From assembly GCA_001662655.1 (NCBI GenBank), contig KV460206.1: a stretch of DNA of 64,000 nucleotides; one strand, given 5' to 3'. The notes beneath the pieces were generated by a model, which ran no database searches, was not told the DNA's origin, and saw nothing but the letters and a program-made list of their open reading frames with translations. Positions 1 to 10,694 of the stretch are shown piece by piece. Both the position numbers and the translations under genes were made by a program. The first letter of the stretch is position 1. Every line of letters begins with the position of its first letter. This stretch comes from Pseudogymnoascus verrucosus. Lineage: Eukaryota.

Positions 1-2064
1 CCATAGAGATGGCGAGGCCAATAAAAAGATGCCATCATGCTCAAAACTCGCGGTATAGACAAGGAAGTGACCAGAATCTATAAGCTTATCGTAAAACTGT
101 ATCGTCTCGTCTCTATCCATGGACATGCTGAAATCGGTTGCGTTCTCAAACCGATCGCTCAAAACTCGAGAAAATCTTTGCAACATACGCTGTCGAACTC
201 GGACGGAATCTAGAATTGCTTTGTAACGTTTGTTCATCTCTGCTGCCGTCTCTGTCGGTTTCTTCTGAAGCTCACGTTCAAACGTTAAGCTGAGGCGGCT
301 CAGGGCCTTGTGGGTCAAGGAGCTGAATTGTTCTGCGACCTCTACATCACCACCCTGCAAATGGCGGCCAATCTCGTTGGAAAATGCCCACTCCTGCTCG
401 AGTACCTCGGCCTCCTTGAAAGCGTTCTTATTGCCTCCGAGCTTCCAACCGAGCATTTTGAAGTAATATTTGAGGGCGTCGAGAATAACCTGATCAAACG
501 AGTCATCGATGCATGGCGGCAAATCCCATCCTGGCTCAGGCTGGGATATAGCTGCATTCTCCTGCTTTATACGCACAGCCAACTTGAGCAGGATCTGAAA
601 CTGTGAAATCATCTGCTCCTGCATCATGGGGTTCTGTTGCGCCGTCTCCCTGACCTTTCTTGCGTATTCCAACCGCACCACGATGATTTGCTCAATCAAC
701 CGGGAAGGGAAACTAATGAGGGTAAGAAGCTCCTCGATGTAAGGCGGAAGATGTCTCTTCGCAAACTCTGCCGAGTTCTCGATCAATGTCATCTTTGCCT
801 TCATAACGACATCGGAAACGCCCACGAGCATACTCTCATCGCCATGAAGAGATTTCAAGCCATCTTCTTTGAGAAGCCTGTCGATAAAAGGTGCGCCATC
901 TGATAGTCCATCAGAACCGGGAGAGCGTTCCTTGACCTTCAAGAAGTCGAGTTCAGGGTTTCCAACCCAGTTTTGAAGCACATTGAGCTCAATGTTTATG
1001 AGTTCCGTAGTGTTATGCCATGAAATAACGGCGTCGCAGGTTGCAAGATGAGCAGGAGAATCGGCCGCCTTGTGTCCAGCAATTAAGGCGGTCCTTGAAG
1101 GGTAGAGTCTCTCATACTTTTCAATGCTCTTGACAACTTCACGGATTTGCTCAATTGCAGTTTTCCCGGTGTCGCTTTCGCCCTTTACCTGAAATTCCGT
1201 AATCTCATCAAGCACCGTACTAAGATTCGCCCTTCCATCCTCGATTATCCTTCGTTGCGCTGCAAAAGTTCGGCCACATATCCTTGCGCGTATGCCAACC
1301 CACATATCCTCCTTCAAATCTACACCTTGTTGCTCGGATACACCAATCAACCGCTTCTTCTCCTGTCTCACAACATCGCCAGTCAATACTGACGCAAGCA
1401 TGCCGTGCCATTCCAATCGTTCTCGATTCCGGGGATTCTGCAGCTCTTCTGGCGTTACTTCGACCTCGTCGTTTCCGTAAAATAGTAACGTCTCCTGGTC
1501 GAACGAATCGGTATCGAAGTGCGCTTCCGACGAGGGGGATATATCGTCGCTTTCTTCGGTATTCGAGTCATATGCTAGACCCGGGGTATAGTCCTCGAAG
1601 TAATCCGGTTGGTCTTGTCGGAGCCTTCTGACATAGGCCTTTTCTTGTGCACGGTAGGATGCCCTTGGGTCTCTGTGAGGTCGCGGAGTCGAATTTGAGC
1701 GGTTGCGACCACCTAATCCCGATGGTTGTGGCGTCTTTCCTGGGCGGCGAGGAGGGTTGTAGGTGCCTGAAGGCGTCCTTGCAGGCCCGGTTGGTCGTTG
1801 AGGTCGAGCCGTCCCTCCCATTACTGGCGACTCTGGCACCCTTCCTCCAGCTGCGCCGGCATCACTCGAGGCCCTCGACCAAGAACCCGGGACGGAGCCA
1901 CTAATCGAGCCATGATTTTCCAAGAGCGGGGGCGACAGGGCCCGGTTTGTGCTGCCGTAGAAGGCGTCGATACCGTCGTCTAGTTCAAGATCCTCATCGT
2001 CCGGGGAAAACGTGAACACTGGTGGTTCAGTAGGTTCGGCAGGTGGAAACGGCGATCGCTCCAT
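1..2064 (-). CDS. SSK2: Ssk2/Ssk22-type MAP kinase kinase kinase of the HOG pathway (OS-4/SskB), 5' part; runs off the window edge
   Basis: Hand translation from ATG at 2064 (MERSPFPP...) gives RTPSGTYNPPRRP, RDPRASYRAQEKAYVRRLR and ERLEWHGMLASVLTGDVVRQEKKRL, typical of the fungal Ssk2 N-terminal region. It is absent from the ORF track, consistent with no stop inside the window. The kinase domain would lie outside the window. Confidence 0.88.
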   Translation of the reverse strand, partial: MERSPFPPAEPTEPPVFTFSPDDEDLELDDGIDAFYGSTNRALSPPLLENHGSISGSVPGSWSRASSDAGAAGGRVPESPVMGGTARPQRPTGPARTPSGTYNPPRRPGKTPQPSGLGGRNRSNSTPRPHRDPRASYRAQEKAYVRRLRQDQPDYFEDYTPGLAYDSNTEESDDISPSSEAHFDTDSFDQETLLFYGNDEVEVTPEELQNPRNRERLEWHGMLASVLTGDVVRQEKKRLIGVSEQQGVDLKEDMWVGIRARICGRTFAAQRRIIEDGRANLSTVLDEITEFQVKGESDTGKTAIEQIREVVKSIEKYERLYPSRTALIAGHKAADSPAHLATCDAVISWHNTTELINIELNVLQNWVGNPELDFLKVKERSPGSDGLSDGAPFIDRLLKEDGLKSLHGDESMLVGVSDVVMKAKMTLIENSAEFAKRHLPPYIEELLTLISFPSRLIEQIIVVRLEYARKVRETAQQNPMMQEQMISQFQILLKLAVRIKQENAAISQPEPGWDLPPCIDDSFDQVILDALKYYFKMLGWKLGGNKNAFKEAEVLEQEWAFSNEIGRHLQGGDVEVAEQFSSLTHKALSRLSLTFERELQKKPTETAAEMNKRYKAILDSVRVRQRMLQRFSRVLSDRFENATDFSMSMDRDETIQFYDKLIDSGHFLVYTASFEHDGIFLLASPSLW

Positions 2065-2431
2065 TACCGCAACGTCTTCAGGGCAGTAAATGAAGCCAAA
2101 GTGTGTGTCCTGGGGTAAGTCGAGGTAATGTGAGTCTCGCACTTGTTCATCGCGAAGTCATGTAGCCTTGTGGTTGATTATCGTGGTTTATTTGCCACAA
2201 TTAGAGTGTTGGCGTAACAGACTTGAATCGGGTTCAACAGTCTCGCTCGGGCTCCTTCGGAGAGCAACTTCAAGCGCTTGAATGGTATAGTGTTGATAGG
2301 GCACCAGTACGGGGGCTGGTAACAATTGAATTCTTTTCGATTGGATTGAGCAGGAACGTTGATTGCCTGTTTGCCCTTTCCTGTCGTACTTCAATCAAGC
2401 AAGCACTTGTATTCCAAGGCAGAGCTTGGGT

Positions 2432-2480
2432 TATTGGGTTAGTATGGTTAGTATGGCTAGTACGGTTAGTACGAGATTAG
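2432..2480. repeat. Short 9-bp tandem repeat (TTAGTAYGG-like, about 4 copies)
   Basis: gggttagtatggttagtatggctagtacggttagtacg read directly. Confidence 0.7.
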
Positions 2481-2979
2481 CTCCCCCATAGGGTCTTCCC
2501 GTGGGTTAATCGTGAGCAAAGACCACTGGGCCTTAGCCGGGTCGCTGCTTTTAAGATCTGTAGCAATTTAGCTCATCTGGACCCCAGCGAACCCAGCCCA
2601 CCAAGCACCCACCAAGCACCCATCAAGCACCAACACACGCATCAACGGCCACTGTATGATCAGATGATCAGCACTGTGTGATTTGTTTGACTGTGAGACA
2701 TCGCATGCCGCCCTAAGCGGCAACCATTTTGGCTCCCCTTTGGATTTTGGGCGTACAAGGGTACGAATATCGAAACCAAACACTCTAAGGTACGTACCAA
2801 CTATATTGCAACGACCCTCGCCAAACGCGGTCAGAGAGAAGAGAAGAGTGACGGAAGTTCTATGTGGGAAGGTTGAACGTCATGCCCATATGAACATTCT
2901 CACTTACCGCTTTTATCCTTTGCATATTTTTACGTGCAATTCTCTTTCATCCATGACTCTATGACATTATTAGAAGGCC

Positions 2980-5900
2980 ATGCTCGTTCATGACGGGTTC
3001 ATGGCTCAAGACGCGTCCTTACAGTGCTCCGAAACGCGTCCAAAAAGTGGTGTTCTGACGCCTGCGTCCGATGCCTCCTCCCACTCCCACAATGGATCCC
3101 AGGTTATCTCCCGGAAACGAAAGAGGGACCCTGTTGAGAATGGGGGCGGCTTGGAAGAGTTACTCTCTGAGAGGTTTACGGTGAAGGTTTGCACGATCCT
3201 GTCCCTTGCTGGACAAATAACTTACCCCGTACCAGCCACACCCATCCTCAGTTCACGACCGACCCCGCTCTTTCAAACCCATTGCGCTTCTCTCTCGATC
3301 CGACTTCCCCCTCTCAAGCCTTGACCGGTCTAGGCCAGCAGCATCTGCATTGCCCGACTCACGGTTATATGAATCGCATGTTAAGATATTGGAACTGGAA
3401 CAACGTATGGGCAGTACGCCAGTGGTTCTCATTGCCCAATTGGACGATAACAAGGCTCTCTACGCTGTGGAATATGAATCGAAGGGCCTATACGTCCTAT
3501 TTAAATTAGGCTCATGGGTTGATCTGAGCAAGCTATGCAGTGTCGCCGTGGTATCCAGGCCCTACACAAAATCACACAAACATGATAACCCACAGGGTGT
3601 GGCTGGCCGTGGAGCCTCCGCCAATAACGCCTTATCTCCGGCCGAGAGTGATAAATATAGCAAGAAAAAGAGGCTGGCAATCGAAGCAATCCAGTCCATG
3701 GTCAAGAGGCCATCCACCAGCCAATCTCTGAACATCGAGCAGACAACATCTACGGAGTCCCCGAGCACGGCATTACCTCTGGAACCCATTCAAATTGCCC
3801 AACTCGACCCAGTCGCAGCCGTACAGCCGTCGCAAGATGCCCCTTTGGAAGAACCACGGGCAGAAGACATACTGGACGGCGTCCGGTCGCAGTATCTGGA
3901 TACTCTGTACCTATCAAAAGTCTCAACAGCATACTTTGCGAAAGGCCCCCTTTCTCGTGCCAGGGCTGCTTTCCATTTGGACTTGGATTCCACACTTCAA
4001 ATGAAAGATCTCACCCAGTTCCTCGATAGCCTTGTTCTCCCTACGAACATCCTGGACAAGAAATATAAAGATGGCCTACAGGAGTTTGTTTCCACACTGG
4101 ATCCAGGAATGGAGAGCGATCTAGATGCGGATGCGAAGACTCGCCCCAAAAAACGAAAGATCAAGAAAGTTAAACTGGGCAAAAATGGGCTTTACAATAC
4201 CGAGGATAGCTTCATCAAGTCCTGGTGGGGAAACCATGATGTCGATGCTGAGACCCCAGGAGCGGCTAGAGAAGGCACCGCCCGAAGCAGGATCTCTAAG
4301 TTGCGTGTTCGCGAGATCCTGCTCCAAATCATTCTTATTCTGGAGACGCTGGCACTCCAGAAGCTATGTCCTCCCCCCGACCCTACCGATGACCTCCCAC
4401 TTCCAGCTGTGGCGGAAGGCACTCCAGGTGACAAAACGCCCCGAAGTAAGGCCAAAAAGCCTCGGGATTTATCTGCATTGGTTGCTGTTCACCTCGATAG
4501 ACTTAGCATCTGGTCATTATCAGCCGGAGAAGGCACTTCAACATCCAAACAAGGACCAACGAGCAGCGCTCCAAATTTAACTACAACTAGCGGTAGTGAT
4601 GCTACTGATATCTTACGAAATTTTTGCTTGGAGGTTGTGGTGCCTTTCTTCTCAGCACGATTACCGTCGCTTTGTGACACTATTTGCCGCAAGTTGGGCG
4701 GCCCTAGAGTTTCCTCGCCAGCTCGGCCTCCGCTGAGAAAGTCGTCAAGCATGTCAGCAACTGCACCTTCGCGCCCAAGCGCAGTAAGCAAAAAGAGCGC
4801 TGTCACCGAAAGCCGTCGAAGTTTGCAGCGGGCGTTAACAGATGAGAAACTTCAAGCCCGCTCAAAGTCTCGACGTCCGTCTGTAGCGGTATCTTTGTTA
4901 CGGTCAGCAACTGCGCCGGTACTTCCTCCTACTCTTAAACGAGAAGGTAGTGAGGCTGCTTCTTTATCAAGTATCCCAACGATAAACTCCCAGTCTCAGC
5001 ATGCCAGTCGCACAGCTGCACATAAGGCCAGGAAACCCTCCCAAACAGAGAATGGCATGGGCCTCGGCGCCCCTCCTGATCGCCAGTCAAAGAAGGCCAA
5101 CATTGAGGCAGAACTGAAGTATGCCATATCTGTATTAAAGAAGCCCAACAGACAACTTGCTGGCCAAACGACGGTTGATTTAGCGGAGAAGAGAGCTCTA
5201 GCTAGTGCGTCGCAATCTAGAAAGGCTAAGAAGCCTACTCGAAACCCAGGTTTCGAAAATATGCGGCCTACTGGTGTACAAATTCTTGCAACGCCAAAGA
5301 AGCCGCGCAGTCAGAATATGGGACCTGGATCTCAGATGTTTTCCCAGTATCAGGCAGAGCCTGAACTGGAACCAAGCTTTGTGCCTCCGTCGAGCATTTC
5401 TAGAGTTTCAAGCTCGGGATACCGCCAGGCCGTACCCGACTCTAGCCCACCTCTCTATAGGTCTGCGCCTGTGTCAAGGGAACAATATCAGTCATCAGTG
5501 GTGAACGCCACGCCAACTCGAAGCTCTCGACAGACGAAGCTAGACTATGGCGTATCCGTGGTAGATACAACTCCTGTACGAGTCACTTCTGCATATTATG
5601 GGAACTTAGGAGCTACAAATCAAACCGGTGTAGTTGCGGATACACCAGTACGGACAAGTATGGCAGCATCCGACAACTTCAAAAACCTCTTTGCGGCGCC
5701 GAAGCCGCGGCGTGAGTTAGAGATCCCGCCCTCCCCTTCTCCACCACGGGCTCCACGGAGTTCGACAATTGATGGTTTCTTGCGTGTGCCACCGGAGCCA
5801 TACCGCGAGAATATCTCCGAGACACCCAGAAAGAGTCCACCAATCCTATGCACTCCCGTCAAAACACGGACAGAACCACAAAACGAAGCAGTGAGGCCGC

Positions 5901-6058
5901 GTAGCCCACTGAAGCCGTTAAACTTTTCAGCCGCATCTTCTCGCTTCGAAGAAGGCAGTAGCAGCCTGTTAGAAAGCAAGGCTGTAAAGCCAGCGGCAGC
6001 AGCAGCTGATGATGGTGACATATACAAATCACTTGGCTGGGACGATGATGATTTATGA
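2980..6058 (+). CDS. SLD3: DNA replication initiation regulator Sld3; exons 2980-3186, 3236-6058 (start may be ATG 3001)
   Basis: Motifs YLDTLYLSKVSTAYFAKGPLSRARAAF, LRVREILLQIILILETLAL, FCLEVVVPFFSARLP and many S/TP CDK sites in the C-terminus. Intron 3187-3235 (GTTTGC...CAG) joins exon 1 in frame to the 902-aa ORF. Confidence 0.88.
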
Positions 6059-6251
6059 ATTTTGCATGGGCGGATAGGTGGACGGCGCTTTGGGCATTTG
6101 CAAGGATGGGCTCCTTTGGAATCACAACATAGAAATGATACCTAAGCATTGAATGAATGCTGCATGAATGCTAGAAACAATTAAAACAGTATCACTACCA
6201 TAACAAGATCACTGACCAATACTCCAACCTCCCCTTTCACACCCCCCATAA

Positions 6252-6390
6252 ACACGTGACCCGACGCGGAACGCGTGAACCAGGTATTCCGCGCCCAAAC
6301 CCACAATTTACACGTCCACCCAATGAGGAAATCCAAACCACACAGCTCTTCCGCCCCAGCTCCCCTCGCCTCACGTCAAAAACCGCGAAA
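6252..6390 (+). promoter_or_regulatory. MCB/SCB-like G1/S elements upstream of DPB4
   Basis: ACGCGG 6264-6269, ACGCGT 6271-6276 and CGCGAAA 6384-6390, within 250 bp of the ATG of a replication gene. Confidence 0.55.
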
Positions 6391-6504
6391 TATAAATAAA
6401 AAGTCACGACGAAACGAAATCGCTTGACCCGTCCAATGCGTCTATAATACCCCCCCATATCCCAGCATCTCTCTCATCGCAGTTTCTGCGCGAGGCACGC
6501 AACC

Positions 6505-7345
6505 ATGCCGCCCCGCAAGAGCGACGTGGCGAAAGCTACCAGCGAGGAGGTAGCCGTTGGCGCGCCGAGCACCAGCACGCCTGCGAAAGAGGCAGCGCAC
6601 AAGGAGAAGGATGGTATTAATATCGAGGTTCGTGCCCTTTCTCCGTCCTGTTCGCGAGCCCCAACGGCGCGCGGATCACAAACTTGTCGCGGAACGTGAA
6701 TGAACTAACCTTTTCCCGCACCAGGACCTCAACCTCCCCAAGTCCATCGTAACGCGCCTCGCGAAATCCGTGCTCCCGCCCAGCACGCAGATCCAGGGAA
6801 ACGCGATGCTCGCGATGACGAAATCGGCGACGGTGTTCGTCGGGTACCTGGCGGCGCACGCGAATGAGTATGCTCAGGCGGCGAATCGGAAGACGGTTGC
6901 GCCGGCGGATGTGTTGAGGGCGCTGGAGGATCTGGAGTTTGGGGAGTTTAGGCCGAGGTTGGAGAGGGAGTTGGAGGTGTTTAGTGAGAATGCTGCGAGG
7001 AAGAGGGCGGGGGCTGCGAAGAAGAAGAAGGGGGGGGAGAAGGAGGAGGGGGAGGGGAAGGAGGAGGAGAAGGAGGGAGGACCGAAGGCGAAGAAAGCGA
7101 GGTTGGAGGAGGGGGCGGAGGTGGGGGGGGTGGAGGAGGAGGAGACGCAGCTTGATGATCATGAGGAGGGGGAGGAGGAGCATGAACATGAGCATGAGGG
7201 TGATGAGGAGCCGGATGATGAGGTTGAGGATGATGGGGAGGAGGAGGAGCAGGAGGATGAACATCATGATGGCGATGGTGAGGATAGGGTGGACAATGGG
7301 AGGGATGAGGATGAGGCGCTTGATAATGGCGAGGATAGCGATTAA
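6505..7345 (+). CDS. DPB4: DNA polymerase epsilon subunit D / CHRAC histone-fold protein with acidic tail; exons 6505-6627, 6725-7345
   Basis: Spliced product reads DGINIE|DLNLPKSIVTRLAKSVLPPSTQIQGNAMLAMTKSATVFVGYLAAHANE (CBFD/NF-YB histone fold). Intron 6628-6724 is GTTCGT...ACTAAC...CAG. The tail is E/D-rich. Confidence 0.92.
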
Positions 7346-8480
7346 GTCTGAAATGTGGTCTAGATATGATCAATGGTAAGGCGTTTGGGCACGGCGCTGC
7401 AGGGGCATATAGGGTTGGAATACGAGATAGCCAGGCATTGAAGAGTGGGTGAAAGTCCGACGAAATTGCCAGTAATACACTCCATCACATCTATATTATC
7501 TCTTAATGACTTACCGCTTCCCTGTCAAAGTTTTATAAAACTTTCAAAACTCCTCCGGAAAACTACAATCACATGTCACACCAGCACAGAACAGACACAG
7601 CAGCAGAATTAAGTGTTTCCATTGTAATTAGGATAGGGCAAATCCATACCTCCCGTGTCGTCACATCTGGGTATATCTCATGCACACATGCTCGCATGCT
7701 ATCCAATTCCAAGGATACCAAGCCAAACGACGAAGCCCATCGCAAATGCAACAAACGCGTCCCAATCCATAATGAAAACCTGAAAAAGGTAAAAAAAAAA
7801 TCACATAGAGCCTCGAAAATATGTCCCTTTGCCAATAGAAATTGCCTCCCCTCTCTTTCTCTTGCACGGTGACAGCCCAGCCCTAGCGAAAACAAAACAA
7901 CATGTTGGTTAAAGGAAATATGCATGGGGTTTGGCCGAAAGCGAAACATTATAGTCAGCCTGGCGAGAGAAAAGCGCAATGATGAGAACGAGCCGCATTA
8001 ATCCCTAAACTCAGAAAACAAAGTGTGCCAAATGAAATGCATTCCTCCATGATGATAGCACTAAAAAAGAAAACCTCGTGGAGAGAAAAGTGTTGGAAAA
8101 GGAATTATAACTAAATAAAAACGAGGTATAATGCGAAACCACGCATGTTAAGAGCACGAAGCCCCCAAATAACAAGTCCACCCTAGAATAATTTACACCG
8201 AATTAAACAGTCGGCAGCCCCACAGCTCATGCTCCTTATGTATACCCCAGGGTGGAGAAAATTGACCAATTATCCCCAAGTCCACCTAAACTCCGTCTTC
8301 CATATCGTAATGGGCGATGCCGGGGAGACAAATACGACTCCCGTTTCCGCGTTCATGTCCTGAACGTGTGTATTAACATTATCGTTGATTGCATGATCCA
8401 TACGTATCGCCGTCTCGATCGTGTTGTGCTCGAATGTTATGCGTCAAAGGCGTTTCGTTGTTCACTTGATGCGGAGATTA

Positions 8481-10694
8481 TTATCCTTGAGTGCCCCATC
8501 CCCAAGAACCCTGGGTGCCAGGCTGCTGCTGTGATGCCCAATTTTGAGGCGTGGCTGGTGCTTGCGCAGTTTGTGGTTGCACATACTGCTGTTGTATTTG
8601 GTCTGGCTGGTATATTCCTCGGCTTTGGGAAGGATATCCCTGGCCCATGTTTTGATATTGCATGCCGGGTGGGAGTTGGGCGCTGCCTCCAGCGTGCCGC
8701 AATTGTGTGGGTGACTGGTGGGGGGACTGCTGTAGGTGAGGAGATTGTTGGCTAGCTTGGGGGCTATAGTGAGGATAAGCCTGGTGTGAAGATTGATGAG
8801 TCTGTGACGGTGGCCACATTTGAGTTTGCGAGGGATACCCGTACTGTGCTCCCTGTCCCATGCCAGTAGATGCCAAAGATAGACTTGGAGATCTTCCGTG
8901 CATTTGGTCGGACCGCATGGCGCCCTGTGGTACGCCCCTCATCGGGGTCTGTGCAAGAGGGTTAGGTTGGTGCGGCGGTTGTGTATAAGAAGTGCCTGAA
9001 ATCATGCTTTGGCCCGGCTGGTTTAACAGCATCGGTTGTTGCACGTTACTCGTACCCTGATGGGGCGACTGCAGTGACTGTGTCACGGATGGCAGATTGT
9101 CGCTGAGGCTTGTAGTCGGTGGAAGGCTCGGAACCAGGGGCTCGTGTGGCTGTCTCCAAATCTCCTCGATGTATTTGCCACGAAAGTTCCTCTGCTGATT
9201 AACTTGCTTGTTATACTCAGCAGCGTGGTGAGACTGCGTGAGCAGTTCTCCTGGTGGGCTTGACTGGGTTCGGTCCTGGTACGCGGGGCCTGTGATCTCC
9301 TGCCTTGGACGGGAAACGTTGCGATATTCTCCCAGCCGTAGCTCATTCTGATCTGGAGTCAATGTGATCATTGGTAGAGGCGTTCCACCGCCAGCTGGTC
9401 CCAGCATGCCGGGCTGAACAGTCTGAGGTTGAGGATGGTTGAAATGCACCGGAGCACTGCTGTAAACAACATCTCCTTGGTGACCAAGCATCGCAGTTGC
9501 GTTTGCAGTCGCCTCAGCGGCCGCTGCGTCTCTGGCCTTCGCCCCACCTGGTCTCTTCTCGCCCGCCAAATCAGCTTCTGTGAAACCTTGTTTCCGTGCT
9601 TTCGTCTCCCAATAATCATCCCGCACTCTTCGCCCATTCACGACCACTCTGCTGCCAAACTGGCGAAACATGGACTTTGCCGTGACTATCGCAATTTGAC
9701 GAGATCGGTAGGAGAACGGGAGGATTTCTTGATGGATAAGGTTCTCCTTCTCCTCCTGGGTCGCAATGATCTTGTATAGGGACCGGTTCTTGTTGAATAG
9801 AAGGTACGAGTCCCTATAACCGAGGACTCGTGCGCATTCGGTCGCCAGCATAAATAATTTATCACCTCTCCCGGGCACGAAGAACGTCCTGCATTTGTAC
9901 TCCCGTCCATCGTTCAGGTGTCCAGTAGGACCTACCTTTTTCTCTCCAGCATCATCGTACTCCCTTGGGATGTACTCGTCTCCCTCTGGGCCCAGCTGAT
10001 CTGTAGTGTGGTCGCGTACGGTAGGTAGTGCCTTCACCACAGGCTTGGAAGGTGTGGTCTTGGGTGGAGATGCCTGGGCTGGCACCACCGAATTCAGAGG
10101 TAGCGGCAGCGCAGTTGTTTGTTGCTGCGGGGTCTGTGGCAATATATTCTGGGCAGGTTGTGACACCGTTTGTTGTGTTGGGCTCTCGGATACTCCGCCA
10201 GATGTGCGGCTTGGTGGTTTCATCGGTCGTCCTCTCTTTCTCGGCTTGCCGTCACCTATCACGATGGCATTGTCAGCATCTCCTCGCATCTCCAAATGTG
10301 TAAATAATAACGATGAGGCGCGTAAAAAGACGCAGCCGTCGCGTTCGCGCAGCATTGGGGTCATACCATTCTCATCTGCATTGTGCAACTCGTTGAAAGT
10401 CTCCGTTGGCGAACGGCTTCGTTTCGTGCCCCGCGGGCTGACATCAGACGGTAAGGATGATGATGGATTGGCGATTGCTATCATGATATTAGCTGTGCAT
10501 CAGTTACGAGCGCGTAGAGGCACGATGGATCGCGCAAGCACGCGGGAAGCCCGAGACTTCGGTTCCCGGCTTGATCGCAAGTCGCGCGCGCGCAAAGCGC
10601 AGTTATCGGAATCTCGACACATACCAGAGTTGAGGAGCGCAGGATTTAATGTGCCGGTGCCTGAGCCCGCGCTGTCCTGGACTCCGGAATACAT
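8481..10694 (-). CDS. NPL6: RSC/SWI-SNF chromatin remodelling subunit Npl6 (Rsc7/Swp82 family); exons 10694-10625, 10492-10367, 10255-8481
   Basis: ALPTVRDHTTDQL...GREYKCRTF...FMLATECARVLGYRDSYLLFNKNRSLYKI is the CRC-subunit domain. There is an AT-hook-like KRGRP and a Q/P-rich C-terminus. Introns are 10624-10493 and 10366-10256. Confidence 0.88.

Noticed and set aside
6617..7379. Overlapping poly-L, poly-R and poly-P/H ORFs
   Set aside because: Alternative frames of the purine-rich DPB4 acidic tail
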